Source: Desulfobacterales bacterium
Lineage (GTDB): Bacteria > Desulfobacterota > Desulfobacteria > Desulfobacterales > UBA2174
Direction: 5' to 3'
Length of the DNA: 64,000 bases
NCBI GenBank assembly: GCA_963668645.2
Contig: CAXXWC010000021.1
Span: forward strand, 736,001-800,000
A model generated the notes under the pieces. The model did no database searches, was not told the origin of the DNA, and saw only the letters and a list, made by a program, of their open reading frames with translations. Positions 45,181-54,761 of the stretch are shown here, in pieces. Numbering within the stretch: the first letter of the stretch is position 1; each line of letters begins with the position of its first letter. The translations under genes were made by a program, and so were the position numbers.

Positions 45181-45747
45181 TCAACCAGAAACCACTTCGC
45201 TGCGGGCATCGTGCAATACGGTCCGAACCGCCGCCAGCAGCATATGGGGAAAAATCGGCTTGGCTAACAACATAAAAGGTCCATGGGCCAGGGCGCGGGC
45301 CATCAAATCGCCTTCCGGGTAGCCGGTGACCACGATCACCGGCAGCCCATCATGGAGTTTTCGCAAGACCTCGAGAAAGTCCGGGCCATCCATTCCGGGC
45401 ATCATCAAATCGAGCAATATCAGATGCACCGTTTCGCGCTTCAAAATCTCCAGCCCCTCTTCCCCAGTTTGAGCCGTTATGACCCGATATCCCACCTTCC
45501 CGAGGATGCTGCGGATCACCTGACAGATGGACACCTCATCGTCGACCACCAGGATAGAAAACGAACTGTTGCGTTGATGATGGCCGAGAGCCCAATCAAG
45601 GAGATCTTTGCGCCTGAAGCGCCAATCTTTACCGACTTTGAAGGATGGGATTTCTCCGCGCCGGGCCAGACGGCGGATGGTTTCCACATGAGTTCCGAAT
45701 TCTTCGGCCGCCTGTTGGGCGTTGATCACTCCGGTTTCTGAAATCAT
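45181..45747 (-). CDS. Excisionase/BldC-like HTH fused to a receiver domain
   Basis: AAEEFGTHVETIRRLARRGEIPSFKVGKDWRF, followed by receiver ILVVDDE...LDLMMP. Confidence 0.88.
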   Translation of the reverse strand: MISETGVINAQQAAEEFGTHVETIRRLARRGEIPSFKVGKDWRFRRKDLLDWALGHHQRNSSFSILVVDDEVSICQVIRSILGKVGYRVITAQTGEEGLEILKRETVHLILLDLMMPGMDGPDFLEVLRKLHDGLPVIVVTGYPEGDLMARALAHGPFMLLAKPIFPHMLLAAVRTVLHDARSEVVSG

Positions 45748-45790
45748 CGAGGCTTTCCATGAGCATCGGAGATGCATGTTTTAATTTAGT

Positions 45791-45866
45791 TTGGTTGAGT
45801 TTGATTTGGTTGAGCTTGGTTGAGTTTGGTTGAGAATTGATGTCATGTCAACCAATTTGAACCAAA
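45791..45866. repeat. TTGGTTGAG direct repeats with inverted copies
   Basis: TTGGTTGAG at 45791, 45806, 45816 and 45826. Inverted TCAACCAA at 45848 and TGAACCAA at 45858. Confidence 0.85.
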
Positions 45867-45999
45867 TGGGAAAACTAACGAGGGTGCGGGCAGCGTAAAC
45901 CTGTTGCAAGGTTGGACGACTTCCCGCCCTGGCTGCGGGCGGCCAGCGGCCAGTGACGATCGGGCGGCCTTGGCCCGCCCGGGGAAATCGTAGCCAGGG

Positions 46000-47010
46000 C
46001 TATCCGTCCAGGGAAAACCTATGAGTAGTGAACAACCGCAGACAGGCATCGGCCACATCAGGGTCGTACTGGGCGGCCCGGCCTCTGGAAATTTCCGCCA
46101 AGGCCGCGTCCTGCCCCAAACCTGGGCGGTAAGGACGATGGGTGGCCATGGCCTCGACCACATCAGCCACCGACAGGATGCGGGCTTCGAGCAGTATCTT
46201 ATCTCCGCAAAGCCCCTGGGGATAGCCGGAACCGTCCATCCGCTCATGATGTTCGAGGATCATCCGGGCAATGGGCCAGGGAAAATCGATATCCGCCACG
46301 ATGTCGTGGCCGATTTGGGGGTGGGTTTTGATCAGGGCGAATTCGATCTCGGTCAAACGCGTCGGTTTGCTTAAAATCTCGGCCGGCACCGCGATCTTAC
46401 CCAGATCGTGGATCATGCCGGCCATGCGGATCCCCTCGATGCAATCCACAGGCATTTTCATCTCCCTGCCAATGGCCACGGCAAGGTCCGCCACACGGCG
46501 TTGATGGCCGGCAGTATAAGGATCGCGCTTTTCGACCGTCAGGCTCATGGCATGTACGATGCCCTCCAGTGCTTTCTGGAGCTTGGCGGTGCGTTCTTCG
46601 ACCTTGCCTTCCAGGGCCTGGCGATACATCCGCTGGCCAAGCTCCAATTGGCGGCGGCGCAAGGCATTTTGGACGTTGATAACCAGCTCGTTGGAGTGAA
46701 ACGGTTTGATGATATACCCGTAAGTGCCGGCGTCGATGGCCGCTGCGGCGATGGCCGGGTCATCCACCCCGGTAACCATAATCACCGCCGTCTCCTCGTA
46801 TTGTCCACCGATGTGCCGGGCCAAATCGATTCCAGACTCTCCGGGCATCTCCACGTCGCAAAGCGCCAAATCAAAGGACTGCTCCTGAAGGCAGTATCTA
46901 GCTTCTTCGCTGCTGGCGCTCACAGTGCACTGGTGGCCGGCCCGGGACAGGATCCGCTGCAACAAGTGCCGTATAAGTTCATCGTCGTCAACGATCAGTA
47001 TGTCGGCCAT
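46000..47010 (-). CDS. REC-HD-GYP cyclic di-nucleotide phosphodiesterase
   Basis: Receiver from MADILIVDD (GGAG RBS), RDPYTAGH, IHDLGKI, HHERMDGSGYP. Confidence 0.92.
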   Translation of the reverse strand: MADILIVDDDELIRHLLQRILSRAGHQCTVSASSEEARYCLQEQSFDLALCDVEMPGESGIDLARHIGGQYEETAVIMVTGVDDPAIAAAAIDAGTYGYIIKPFHSNELVINVQNALRRRQLELGQRMYRQALEGKVEERTAKLQKALEGIVHAMSLTVEKRDPYTAGHQRRVADLAVAIGREMKMPVDCIEGIRMAGMIHDLGKIAVPAEILSKPTRLTEIEFALIKTHPQIGHDIVADIDFPWPIARMILEHHERMDGSGYPQGLCGDKILLEARILSVADVVEAMATHRPYRPGLGQDAALAEISRGRAAQYDPDVADACLRLFTTHRFSLDG

Positions 47011-47035
47011 TCCTTCTCCCTGATCCGTTCGGTGG

Positions 47036-49024
47036 CTAAATTCGGGGCTCCCCGGTATCCGTCGACTGTTCTGTCGAACCGGTAAGCATATCTTCAACTC
47101 TCTTAAGCAAGCCGTTGACAGTAAACGGTTTTTGGATGAACATGACGCCTTCTTCAAGCAGCCGGCCGCTTGATGTGGCTCCGTGGGAATAACCGGACAT
47201 ATACAAAATCCGTGCTTCAGGGTGCATCTGGTGAATACGGGCAAAAACCTCAGGCCCTTTCATCCCGGGCATTACCACGTCCGAAAGCACCAGACCGATC
47301 TTGCCCTCGTAGGATGAAGCCTGTGACAGGGCATCGGCCACATCGCGGGTCTCGATCACCGTGTAGCCGTGGCTGGTGAGAATCCGACTGGCCATTTTTC
47401 GCACGCCGGGCTCATCCTCCACGATCATAATCGCCGCCTTTCCGTGCACCGGCTGTGCCGAATACGGATCTTGCGCCTCTTGGTGGTCCGCAGGTCCGCA
47501 AAACGGTAGATAGATCTTGAAAGTCGTCCCGTTTTCCGGTTCGCTGTAAACCCAGATATTGCCCCCATGCTGTTTGATGATGCCGTAAGATGTCGCCAAG
47601 CCCAGGCCGGTACCCTTGTCCTTGCTTTTGGTGGTGAAAAAGGGCTCGAAAACCGAAGCCTGTGTTTTGCGATCCATTCCACAGCCGGTATCGCTGACTG
47701 CGATCATGGCGTAGTGGCCTGGAAGCACACCGGATTTTTGGGCCGCATAAGCATCGTCCAAGCTGACGGCCGCCGTTTCGATCGTCAAGGTTCCACCGTC
47801 GGGCATGGCATCGCGGGCGTTGACCGCCAGATTCATCAGCACCTGTTCGATCTGAGCCGTGTCGGCCACGATGGGTAGGGGCTCCGGGCAGAGCATCAAC
47901 TTCAGGACAATATCTTCCCCGATGATCCGGCGGATCAGCTTCTCGAACCCGGCCACCACCCTGTTGGCTTCGGTCGGCTCCACCTCCAGGATCTGCTTGC
48001 GGCTGAAAGCAAGCAGCTGGCGCGTTAGATCCTTGGCACGAACTGCAGCATACTGGACTTCTTCGAGAAATTCGTGATGGGGGTCTTCCAAGCCGATCTC
48101 GGCCATTACCATTTGGGTATAGCCCAGGATGACCGCCAACAGATTGTTGAAGTCGTGGGCCACTCCACCGGCCAGTCGTCCCACCGATTCAAGCCGCTGC
48201 GCATGGTGGAGCTGGTCTTCGAGTTCCCTGTGCTTTCTGGCCGCCACATGGAACTCGGTCATGTCCCTGATGATCAAGCTGCTTTTCTGATTTCCGGCCG
48301 TGTCGGTATAAGTGGCTGCGGTAATGTCGGCTTCAAACTTGGTTCCATCGGCGCGCAGCATAGTTGCGGTTCCGCCGGTTTTTCCATCCCGGGCTTGGAT
48401 CGCAAGCATCTCTGCCACCCGGGGATCTGAAGGATCCATCAGACCGTCTCGGCCGAGGCACTTGATCTCCTCGGCCGTACGGCCGAACATGCGGCAGGTG
48501 GTCGGATTAACCTCCAGGATGGCCCCGTTCGGCATGCCGATCAACATGGCATTCGGTGAATTGTCGAAAAATGAATTAAATTTCAGTTCGCTTTCCTGCA
48601 AGGCGGCCTGGATCTTCTTGGCCGGGGTGATGTCATCAACGGCCAGGATCGCAAGAGCGCATCCATCCATCTCAAAAGGGGCAGTCCAGTATCGGAGCCA
48701 TAGCCTGTCCAGGCCCTCGTCCCGGTTTAACAGCACATCGCCGCTTTGATGGGCGGGGACTCCGTCCGCTCCCAAGGCCTCGCAGATGGCCTTGTAAAGA
48801 CGGCACTGGCTGCAGGCTTGGCTGTAACCACACCCGCTCGGGTCTGAATGCCGGTTGATACAGGCGATCAGGTCTCCGCATCCGACCCGCTGAACTTGGG
48901 GCTTTGGCGTACCGAAAAGCGCCGCAGCGGCGGAATTGGTGTAGATGATGCATTTATCGGCATTAAAAACCGCGATGCCTGCCGGTGAGGCCTCAAAGAT
49001 GGGCCATAGTCGGTTTTCAAGCAT
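47036..49024 (-). CDS. Soluble hybrid kinase (Cys-rich PAS-PAS-HK-REC)
   Basis: PAS with a Cys cluster, H-box AHDFNNLL, receiver. Confidence 0.92.
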   Translation of the reverse strand: MLENRLWPIFEASPAGIAVFNADKCIIYTNSAAAALFGTPKPQVQRVGCGDLIACINRHSDPSGCGYSQACSQCRLYKAICEALGADGVPAHQSGDVLLNRDEGLDRLWLRYWTAPFEMDGCALAILAVDDITPAKKIQAALQESELKFNSFFDNSPNAMLIGMPNGAILEVNPTTCRMFGRTAEEIKCLGRDGLMDPSDPRVAEMLAIQARDGKTGGTATMLRADGTKFEADITAATYTDTAGNQKSSLIIRDMTEFHVAARKHRELEDQLHHAQRLESVGRLAGGVAHDFNNLLAVILGYTQMVMAEIGLEDPHHEFLEEVQYAAVRAKDLTRQLLAFSRKQILEVEPTEANRVVAGFEKLIRRIIGEDIVLKLMLCPEPLPIVADTAQIEQVLMNLAVNARDAMPDGGTLTIETAAVSLDDAYAAQKSGVLPGHYAMIAVSDTGCGMDRKTQASVFEPFFTTKSKDKGTGLGLATSYGIIKQHGGNIWVYSEPENGTTFKIYLPFCGPADHQEAQDPYSAQPVHGKAAIMIVEDEPGVRKMASRILTSHGYTVIETRDVADALSQASSYEGKIGLVLSDVVMPGMKGPEVFARIHQMHPEARILYMSGYSHGATSSGRLLEEGVMFIQKPFTVNGLLKRVEDMLTGSTEQSTDTGEPRI

Positions 49025-49220
49025 CGTTTTGCCCGTTGGATCGCTTCGAGAATATCATAAGGCAAGGTCCTGCCCGCTTCGCCAGCCATAACAGCTTGCT
49101 GTAAAATATAATAGACCTTATTTTGTGTTTAAAACCTAATTAAAACATATAGCTTAAAGCTGACAACCTGTCATGCCCCTTTTTAGAGGGCAGTAACCGT
49201 TGGCGTCCTGAATCCGAAAC

Positions 49221-49712
49221 TCAATTGCCGAATATTGGCCCATCGGGTCCCATATGGCATGAATAGCACCCGAATCCCCTTCGCGTCAGGATGCTGAATC
49301 TCTTTTTCCCAAGGGCCGCGGCCATGGAAGGCACCAAACGCGTTAGCTTCAGGCGGGTCGTATCGGGATGCTTCTTGAACTCAGGGCCGAGCAACAATTC
49401 TCCACTGAGCCTCGGCAGATAGCTCGTCGGCATCTCGAAGCTGTTGATCATGGCCCCGGGACCATGGCACAGCCCGCAGTCGACCCTGGCATACTTTTCG
49501 GGGCGCCAGGCCCTGAACACCTCGCCGGCCTTGGGCAAAATCACGGCACGCATATGCGCTTTGCGCTGCCGCAGGTCCATTTCCTTCCAGGTCAGCTTCC
49601 CCCCTAAAGAATCGGCCGGCCCCACTGCCTGGGGATAGCATCCGCCCAACATTGAGCTGGAAAAACCGAGTAAGACAATCAACATAGTTGCTTTCCGGAC
49701 GCAAAAGTTCAT
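49221..49712 (-). CDS. Putative diheme c-type cytochrome lipoprotein
   Basis: Lipobox-like LGGC and two CxxCH motifs (CGLCH, CYSCH). Start uncertain. Confidence 0.72.
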   Translation of the reverse strand: MNFCVRKATMLIVLLGFSSSMLGGCYPQAVGPADSLGGKLTWKEMDLRQRKAHMRAVILPKAGEVFRAWRPEKYARVDCGLCHGPGAMINSFEMPTSYLPRLSGELLLGPEFKKHPDTTRLKLTRLVPSMAAALGKKRFSILTRRGFGCYSCHMGPDGPIFGN

Positions 49713-49874
49713 TTCCCATCCCCCCCGTCCCCCTGATATGTTCAACACAATGGTCACTCTCTTGGCCCTTCGACTTGTCTTTGTCGTTGACAAATCGGCC
49801 TCTAATCCCTATTTTCGAACATCCAAAGCTCTTTGACATCCGCTTCTATCCATGCCGGATGTCCCTTCCATTAT

Positions 49875-50228
49875 GGGGGCGAAACGGCTTCGACGGGGGT
49901 ACTGAAGCACAGGCTGCATGCCGAGCGCTCGTCAGCTCGTAAAACCGACGGGGACTTAAACATAATCGCAGACGATTATAACTACGCCGTAGCCGCTTAG
50001 CCGGCTGCCGTTCCACCGGGGAACGCCTGCGACCCTGGATGGGGCGTCGACTAGCAGGACAGCCGCTCCGGAGCCGCCCGCGGCCGGATCGGTTAAATCA
50101 GTGGGCTAAGCTACCGGGAATCCAGTCCGTGGGAGTCCCGGCGGACAAAAACCAAAACCCGGAATAAGCATGTAGGGGTTTGTGTGGATTACTTTCGGAC
50201 GCGGGTTCAACTCCCGCCGCCTCCACCA
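49875..50228 (+). ncRNA. ssrA: tmRNA
   Basis: 5' GGGGGCGAAACGGCTTCGAC and 3' GCGGGTTCAACTCCCGCCGCCTCCACCA form the tRNA-like domain. Tag ORF 49968-50000 encodes ADDYNYAVAA*. Confidence 0.97.
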
Positions 50229-50312
50229 TTTTTCTTTTGTATATTTATATAGTTATAGCATTTTATAGATCTATCTTAGTATCCCACAAGTATCCCATAT
50301 AATCAACCATCT

Positions 50313-51083
50313 TCATTCTAATTCCAGAAGCGCAACTATGAAATCATTAAAAGCTTCTATATTATCAATGATTATCGTTTCACCATCAACCCATTTATTA
50401 TCTTGTATTGAAACTTGAATTGATTTTCCCGGCTTTAAGACGTTGCCAATACATCCAACAATTGCCTTCTTCTTGCCGGCTGGCTTTTTAAATTCTCTCT
50501 TTTCTTCGCCTATTCCTTCTATATCTATACCATCTATAAAATTGGTTGCGCCAATTTTTAAAGCATTGTAATTCTTCTCTGCACAAAGCAGTAGTAAATC
50601 TTCTAAGGTTCCATCTGATTTGTTATCGGGTAGAATATATACACCTGTTAATAGACCTTCATTACTAATCATCCCTGGCTGATCGGGTAATGTCAATATG
50701 CCATTAAGTGCTTTTCGTATCTCAATAAATTTCTTTTGCACATTATTCTTTCCAAAATCGGCATCAAATACTATTCCAACGCTTTTAACTTCCTTGTTGA
50801 AATCATCACTGTTACTTATTGTTGAACTAATTGTTTTGACAATTCCATCTATACCTACAGCACTGTGAATGACAACTGTGATCCCTTCCTTGCAAAAAAA
50901 ATCAGGTATTGGCATTCTACGCTTTAAGTCACCGCCGAATGGGAATTTAGTTGGTATTAATTTTTTCCAGAAAGGACTTAATTGGTCAATCATGGTGATC
51001 CTAACAAACCCATGCATAGATAGAATTTTGCCAATAAATTCAACTTCATGAGGGCCTTCAACAACAATATATCCTGAGCTCAT
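50313..51083 (-). CDS. TOPRIM-like (DUF3226-like) protein, putative defence effector
   Basis: IVVEGPHE, VFDAD (DxD) and GTLEDLLL motifs. ATG lies 2 nt after the ATPase stop. Confidence 0.75.
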   Translation of the reverse strand: MSSGYIVVEGPHEVEFIGKILSMHGFVRITMIDQLSPFWKKLIPTKFPFGGDLKRRMPIPDFFCKEGITVVIHSAVGIDGIVKTISSTISNSDDFNKEVKSVGIVFDADFGKNNVQKKFIEIRKALNGILTLPDQPGMISNEGLLTGVYILPDNKSDGTLEDLLLLCAEKNYNALKIGATNFIDGIDIEGIGEEKREFKKPAGKKKAIVGCIGNVLKPGKSIQVSIQDNKWVDGETIIIDNIEAFNDFIVALLELE

Positions 51084-51085
51084 TT

Positions 51086-52237
51086 TCACCACCTAACATC
51101 CTGTCCGAGTTCGTATCGCAGACCCTCCAGCATTTCACCGGATATCTTCTTGCAAAAAACGCCATTATTATTAGATTTAAGCCTGAATAAGCTTAAATCT
51201 TTTAAGTTACTTTTCGTACCTTTGATGATTGCGTCAACGCATTCTATACTATGTGTTGTTGCAAAAACTTGTATTTTTAGTTCTTTTACTATTTCTACGA
51301 ACCAACTCACGAAATTCTCTAATGCAACTGTATGAATTGCGTTTTCAAATTCGTCTATGCAAAAAACGCCATTTTCACATTCAACAAGACCTGTCGCTAT
51401 GCTTATGATTCTTCTTATCCCGTCACCAAGAATAGTCAATGGAATAGTCCCCAGCTCTTTGTGTTCCGCGTAAAGCTCTGACAAACCGCCCTCTGGTTGC
51501 AATATTGTAACATTTTCAATTTCTGGGTCAATCCTTGATATTATTTCTAATACTTTTTTGTGGTGCCCTCTCCTAACTGTTTTTGTCCACTCTTTAACAC
51601 CTACTTCCGGCCCTTTTTGAAGAATAGATCCTTGATATTTTGCTGGTATGTCAGTCTTAATAAGCGGCGGTTTGATTTGAATATTATCAGCAATCTCAAA
51701 ATTGAAATCTTGTGAAATAGTATCCTGATTATCAGATTTGAAATACAATATAACTTTTCCTATCGAAACCGCTTTGAGCATAGCACCTGAATCCCTTCTT
51801 AGATTAATATCAACAGGTGCAGAAGCTGATGTCGAAAAGATTGTGTGGCCATTTGATCCAACCGCTTGCTTAATAAGTTTTTCATCAATATCTTCATTTT
51901 CTGCGTAATCTTCTACTATTGCTTTAATCTCTCGCTTTACTCCTTTCCATTTGCTCTTCAATATAAACTCAGTAGAACGATTATTTAATGGGCCTGAAAA
52001 CAACCACTTAATTTGTTCAAATATATAGCGTTGATTCCCCCAAAAAGAACCATTTCTAAAAGTGATTATTGACAAAATAACAGGCATATTCAAAGGGGCG
52101 CAACAAATAAATATTGCCTCCAACAAACTTGTTTTTCCACTATTATTTGACCCCACAAAAATATTAAAACGACTTGTTGATTCTATTTCTAGATTTCTTA
52201 TTCCTCGAAATCCTTTTACAATCAAATTTTTAAACAT
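51086..52237 (-). CDS. ABC-type (AAA_15/AAA_21-like) ATPase, putative defence sensor
   Basis: GFRG, Walker A GSNNSGKTS, signature-like LGDG, Walker B IDEFEN, TTHS. Confidence 0.87.
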   Translation of the reverse strand: MFKNLIVKGFRGIRNLEIESTSRFNIFVGSNNSGKTSLLEAIFICCAPLNMPVILSIITFRNGSFWGNQRYIFEQIKWLFSGPLNNRSTEFILKSKWKGVKREIKAIVEDYAENEDIDEKLIKQAVGSNGHTIFSTSASAPVDINLRRDSGAMLKAVSIGKVILYFKSDNQDTISQDFNFEIADNIQIKPPLIKTDIPAKYQGSILQKGPEVGVKEWTKTVRRGHHKKVLEIISRIDPEIENVTILQPEGGLSELYAEHKELGTIPLTILGDGIRRIISIATGLVECENGVFCIDEFENAIHTVALENFVSWFVEIVKELKIQVFATTHSIECVDAIIKGTKSNLKDLSLFRLKSNNNGVFCKKISGEMLEGLRYELGQDVRW

Positions 52238-52249
52238 TTTATATTTTCC

Positions 52250-53407
52250 TCACTTTTTAATAGATTTCAAATATGAACTATTCTGTTTCGTTAGATTTAC
52301 TGTAGCTTCATATATCCTTTTAGCATCTTTTGTACTATTATTAAGGTATCTATCAAAAGCCTTATTTGTTGTATGTAGAGTTCCATAATTTCTAATTTCT
52401 TCGGGTGAAAATATTTTTTTCAAAGCAGTTGTTGTGCTATGCCTTGTTCCACCATAAAGATCTACCCCATCCACCCCAATAGTTCGGCATGCTCTTTTCC
52501 ACCACTTATATAAATATTTATCTCCGAATACTTCACCAGCCTTCGCACCCTTAATACCACCCGCATGTCTAAAAAAATGCAAGTTAGGTAAACCACGTGG
52601 CATCTGTGCAAGAATTTCAAGATCGTCATCTATTATCGGGACCAACTTCGGACGCTTTTCCTTTGGGTGAGGTATAATAAAATATCCCAGTTTTACGTCA
52701 ACCTCACCCTCTTTCAACCTTAGCAGCTCCCCAGGCCGTATGGAAATATATGTTGAAAGCCATTTGATACCCAGCCAGATCTTTGGATTTATGTCAAACG
52801 ACATTTTATGGATTTCGTCAATAATCGCCTGTTGAGTCTCTTTGTCGATTATCTTTCGCCAACCAAGTTCAAAGCTCACTTCTGGAAACTCCGGCATCGG
52901 AATCTTTTCCCGCCGCTTAACCCAGGCAAAAAAACTATGCAGCCCCGATTTCATGTTGGACTTGGTCTTATCAGAAGCCTTTTGGCTATGCAGGAAGTCC
53001 TCTATTTCTCCAAAACCTATAGCCTTGACGTTCTTCTGGTCCCAAACGCCTATTGCCTTTTCTATGTAGTTTCGGAGATTGGCGTATGACTTGGGCTTGA
53101 CTTCTTTCTTTTTTAACTCAAGCCATTTTCTGGCCTGAGTTTCGAAGCCAAGTGGATGGTTTACCCGGTAGTCTCTGGGGTCATATGTCCCTTGGTCCAC
53201 TTCCCACCGCAGACCGTCAAGAAACCTTTCGGCCTCCCTGTAAATAGCAAACCGCTTCTTGGTCCCCCTGCCGAAATGGACCCGAAAACGGCCTGTTGCC
53301 TGTTGGTCTGGATGATCCGGACAGAATAGGCCCCGGCGCCGGTCATCATGGACAAAGTTGCCCCCACATATTTGGCACCGCTGATCAGAGTAGATCCTCC
53401 CACGCAT
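52250..53407 (-). CDS. Tyrosine recombinase / integrase
   Basis: SIRPGELL (R), PKEK (K), YGGTRHS (R), LHT (H), DRY (Y). GGGAGG RBS before MRGRIY. N-terminal CQIC...CPDH. Confidence 0.88.
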   Translation of the reverse strand: MRGRIYSDQRCQICGGNFVHDDRRRGLFCPDHPDQQATGRFRVHFGRGTKKRFAIYREAERFLDGLRWEVDQGTYDPRDYRVNHPLGFETQARKWLELKKKEVKPKSYANLRNYIEKAIGVWDQKNVKAIGFGEIEDFLHSQKASDKTKSNMKSGLHSFFAWVKRREKIPMPEFPEVSFELGWRKIIDKETQQAIIDEIHKMSFDINPKIWLGIKWLSTYISIRPGELLRLKEGEVDVKLGYFIIPHPKEKRPKLVPIIDDDLEILAQMPRGLPNLHFFRHAGGIKGAKAGEVFGDKYLYKWWKRACRTIGVDGVDLYGGTRHSTTTALKKIFSPEEIRNYGTLHTTNKAFDRYLNNSTKDAKRIYEATVNLTKQNSSYLKSIKK

Positions 53408-53474
53408 GCAAAGCCCTCCCTGAAGGTTTACCTTGCGAGTACCATGCGTTAGCGGATAGGTCAACATATCGTTT

Positions 53475-54746
53475 TTATGAGAAGAGATGTACGTAAGCCA
53501 AATTATTGGGGATTCCCAAGCGAAGGCGGAGAGCGACGGTCTGCAGGATCTTAGTCTGAGCGCGGTCGATCTTGGTCCGCTTCTCGGCCAGGGCCTCCCG
53601 GAAACATGCTCCGGATTTCTCAAGGCTCCGGGTCAGTTCGATGAATCGGTTGATTCCCTTGTAAAACGTGGCTTCGTCGTCCTCTTCATCCTTTTCGAGC
53701 GAGGCAGCCAGGAAAGAGGTGAAACACCCATAGGTCTGTGTGTAGTGCTTTTTTTCCTCAGTGCATAAAGCCTTGCAGCGGATCAGCGGTACCGGACCGG
53801 GTTGGCCGTCGCCGTTCTCTCCATCGAAAGCCCTTTGAATCAGGGTCCACCACTCGAAGGTGGTCCGCTGGGTGTGATGGCAACCGGGGTTGTTCTGGAA
53901 CTTCAACCATTTCTCGGTGCAATAGGCCCAAATATTCCCCAGGGCCTGAAACATGTCTTCAACCGAATCAATTCCCAATTCTCGGAGAACCTCCCGGCGG
54001 ATCTGAAATTCTGTCCGAACGACATTGAACCCCTCGGGGATATTTTCCAGCTTCCAGACGTCGAACATCCATTCCTTTTGACCCTTCTCCTTGATCTCCA
54101 TCGGCTTGTCATAAAGCCTTGCCTGAATCTCGCCTCGGCCAACGGTAATTCCTTCGAGGTCGGTATTTGAAAGATAAATCGCCGATTTCCTGGCATAGGT
54201 GGATCGGTACCTGGCAAGGTCGGGCGTCCAAATATCTGAAGGAAACAGCAGGTCGACGCACAGGTCCACGCGTGACGCCTTGGTTCTGTGGATTTTCCCG
54301 CCCGCACCGTCAATGAAGGATATTACTCGGTTGACCGCTTCGTGGGGACCTATATGCCAGAGGGCCTCGGACCTGATTTCGACCTTAATCGATGGCATGG
54401 ATTTTAGTTCGTTCCAGTTGCCTATATGAAAGCTGTATTCCTTGCCGACGATGACCCATTCATAGCCGCGCATCCCGAAAGGCTTGATGACACCACGGAA
54501 GGCGTCCACGCTCCGATGATCCGTCAATTCGATCTCGATATCCTTGTCCTCGGCCCGGGCTTGCTCCTTTTTTTCTGTCAGATATTTGAAGAACCGCCCA
54601 TCTTTCCATATGACATCGATGCCGATTACCAATGTATCGACGCCATTTGCAAGTAACCTGGTTCCATCTGATAACTGCTCAAAATCTACTTTTGAAGGGT
54701 GGCTGAGAGACGTTCGCCACCCTTTTTCCTCATCCGGCCTGTCCAT
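53475..54746 (-). CDS. Rolling-circle replication initiator (Rep_trans-like)
   Basis: VDTL, SRVDLCVD, RLYDK and RTEFQ motifs. GGAGG RBS. Confidence 0.82.
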   Translation of the reverse strand: MDRPDEEKGWRTSLSHPSKVDFEQLSDGTRLLANGVDTLVIGIDVIWKDGRFFKYLTEKKEQARAEDKDIEIELTDHRSVDAFRGVIKPFGMRGYEWVIVGKEYSFHIGNWNELKSMPSIKVEIRSEALWHIGPHEAVNRVISFIDGAGGKIHRTKASRVDLCVDLLFPSDIWTPDLARYRSTYARKSAIYLSNTDLEGITVGRGEIQARLYDKPMEIKEKGQKEWMFDVWKLENIPEGFNVVRTEFQIRREVLRELGIDSVEDMFQALGNIWAYCTEKWLKFQNNPGCHHTQRTTFEWWTLIQRAFDGENGDGQPGPVPLIRCKALCTEEKKHYTQTYGCFTSFLAASLEKDEEDDEATFYKGINRFIELTRSLEKSGACFREALAEKRTKIDRAQTKILQTVALRLRLGIPNNLAYVHLFS

Positions 54747-54761
54747 GCATCACCTCCGCAA

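Noticed and set aside
45791..45834. TTGGTTGAG repeats as a CRISPR or VNTR
   Set aside because: Units are too short and have no spacers; better explained as operator sites.
49688..49942. Plus-strand 84-aa ORF
   Set aside because: Overlaps the tmRNA promoter region and 5' end.
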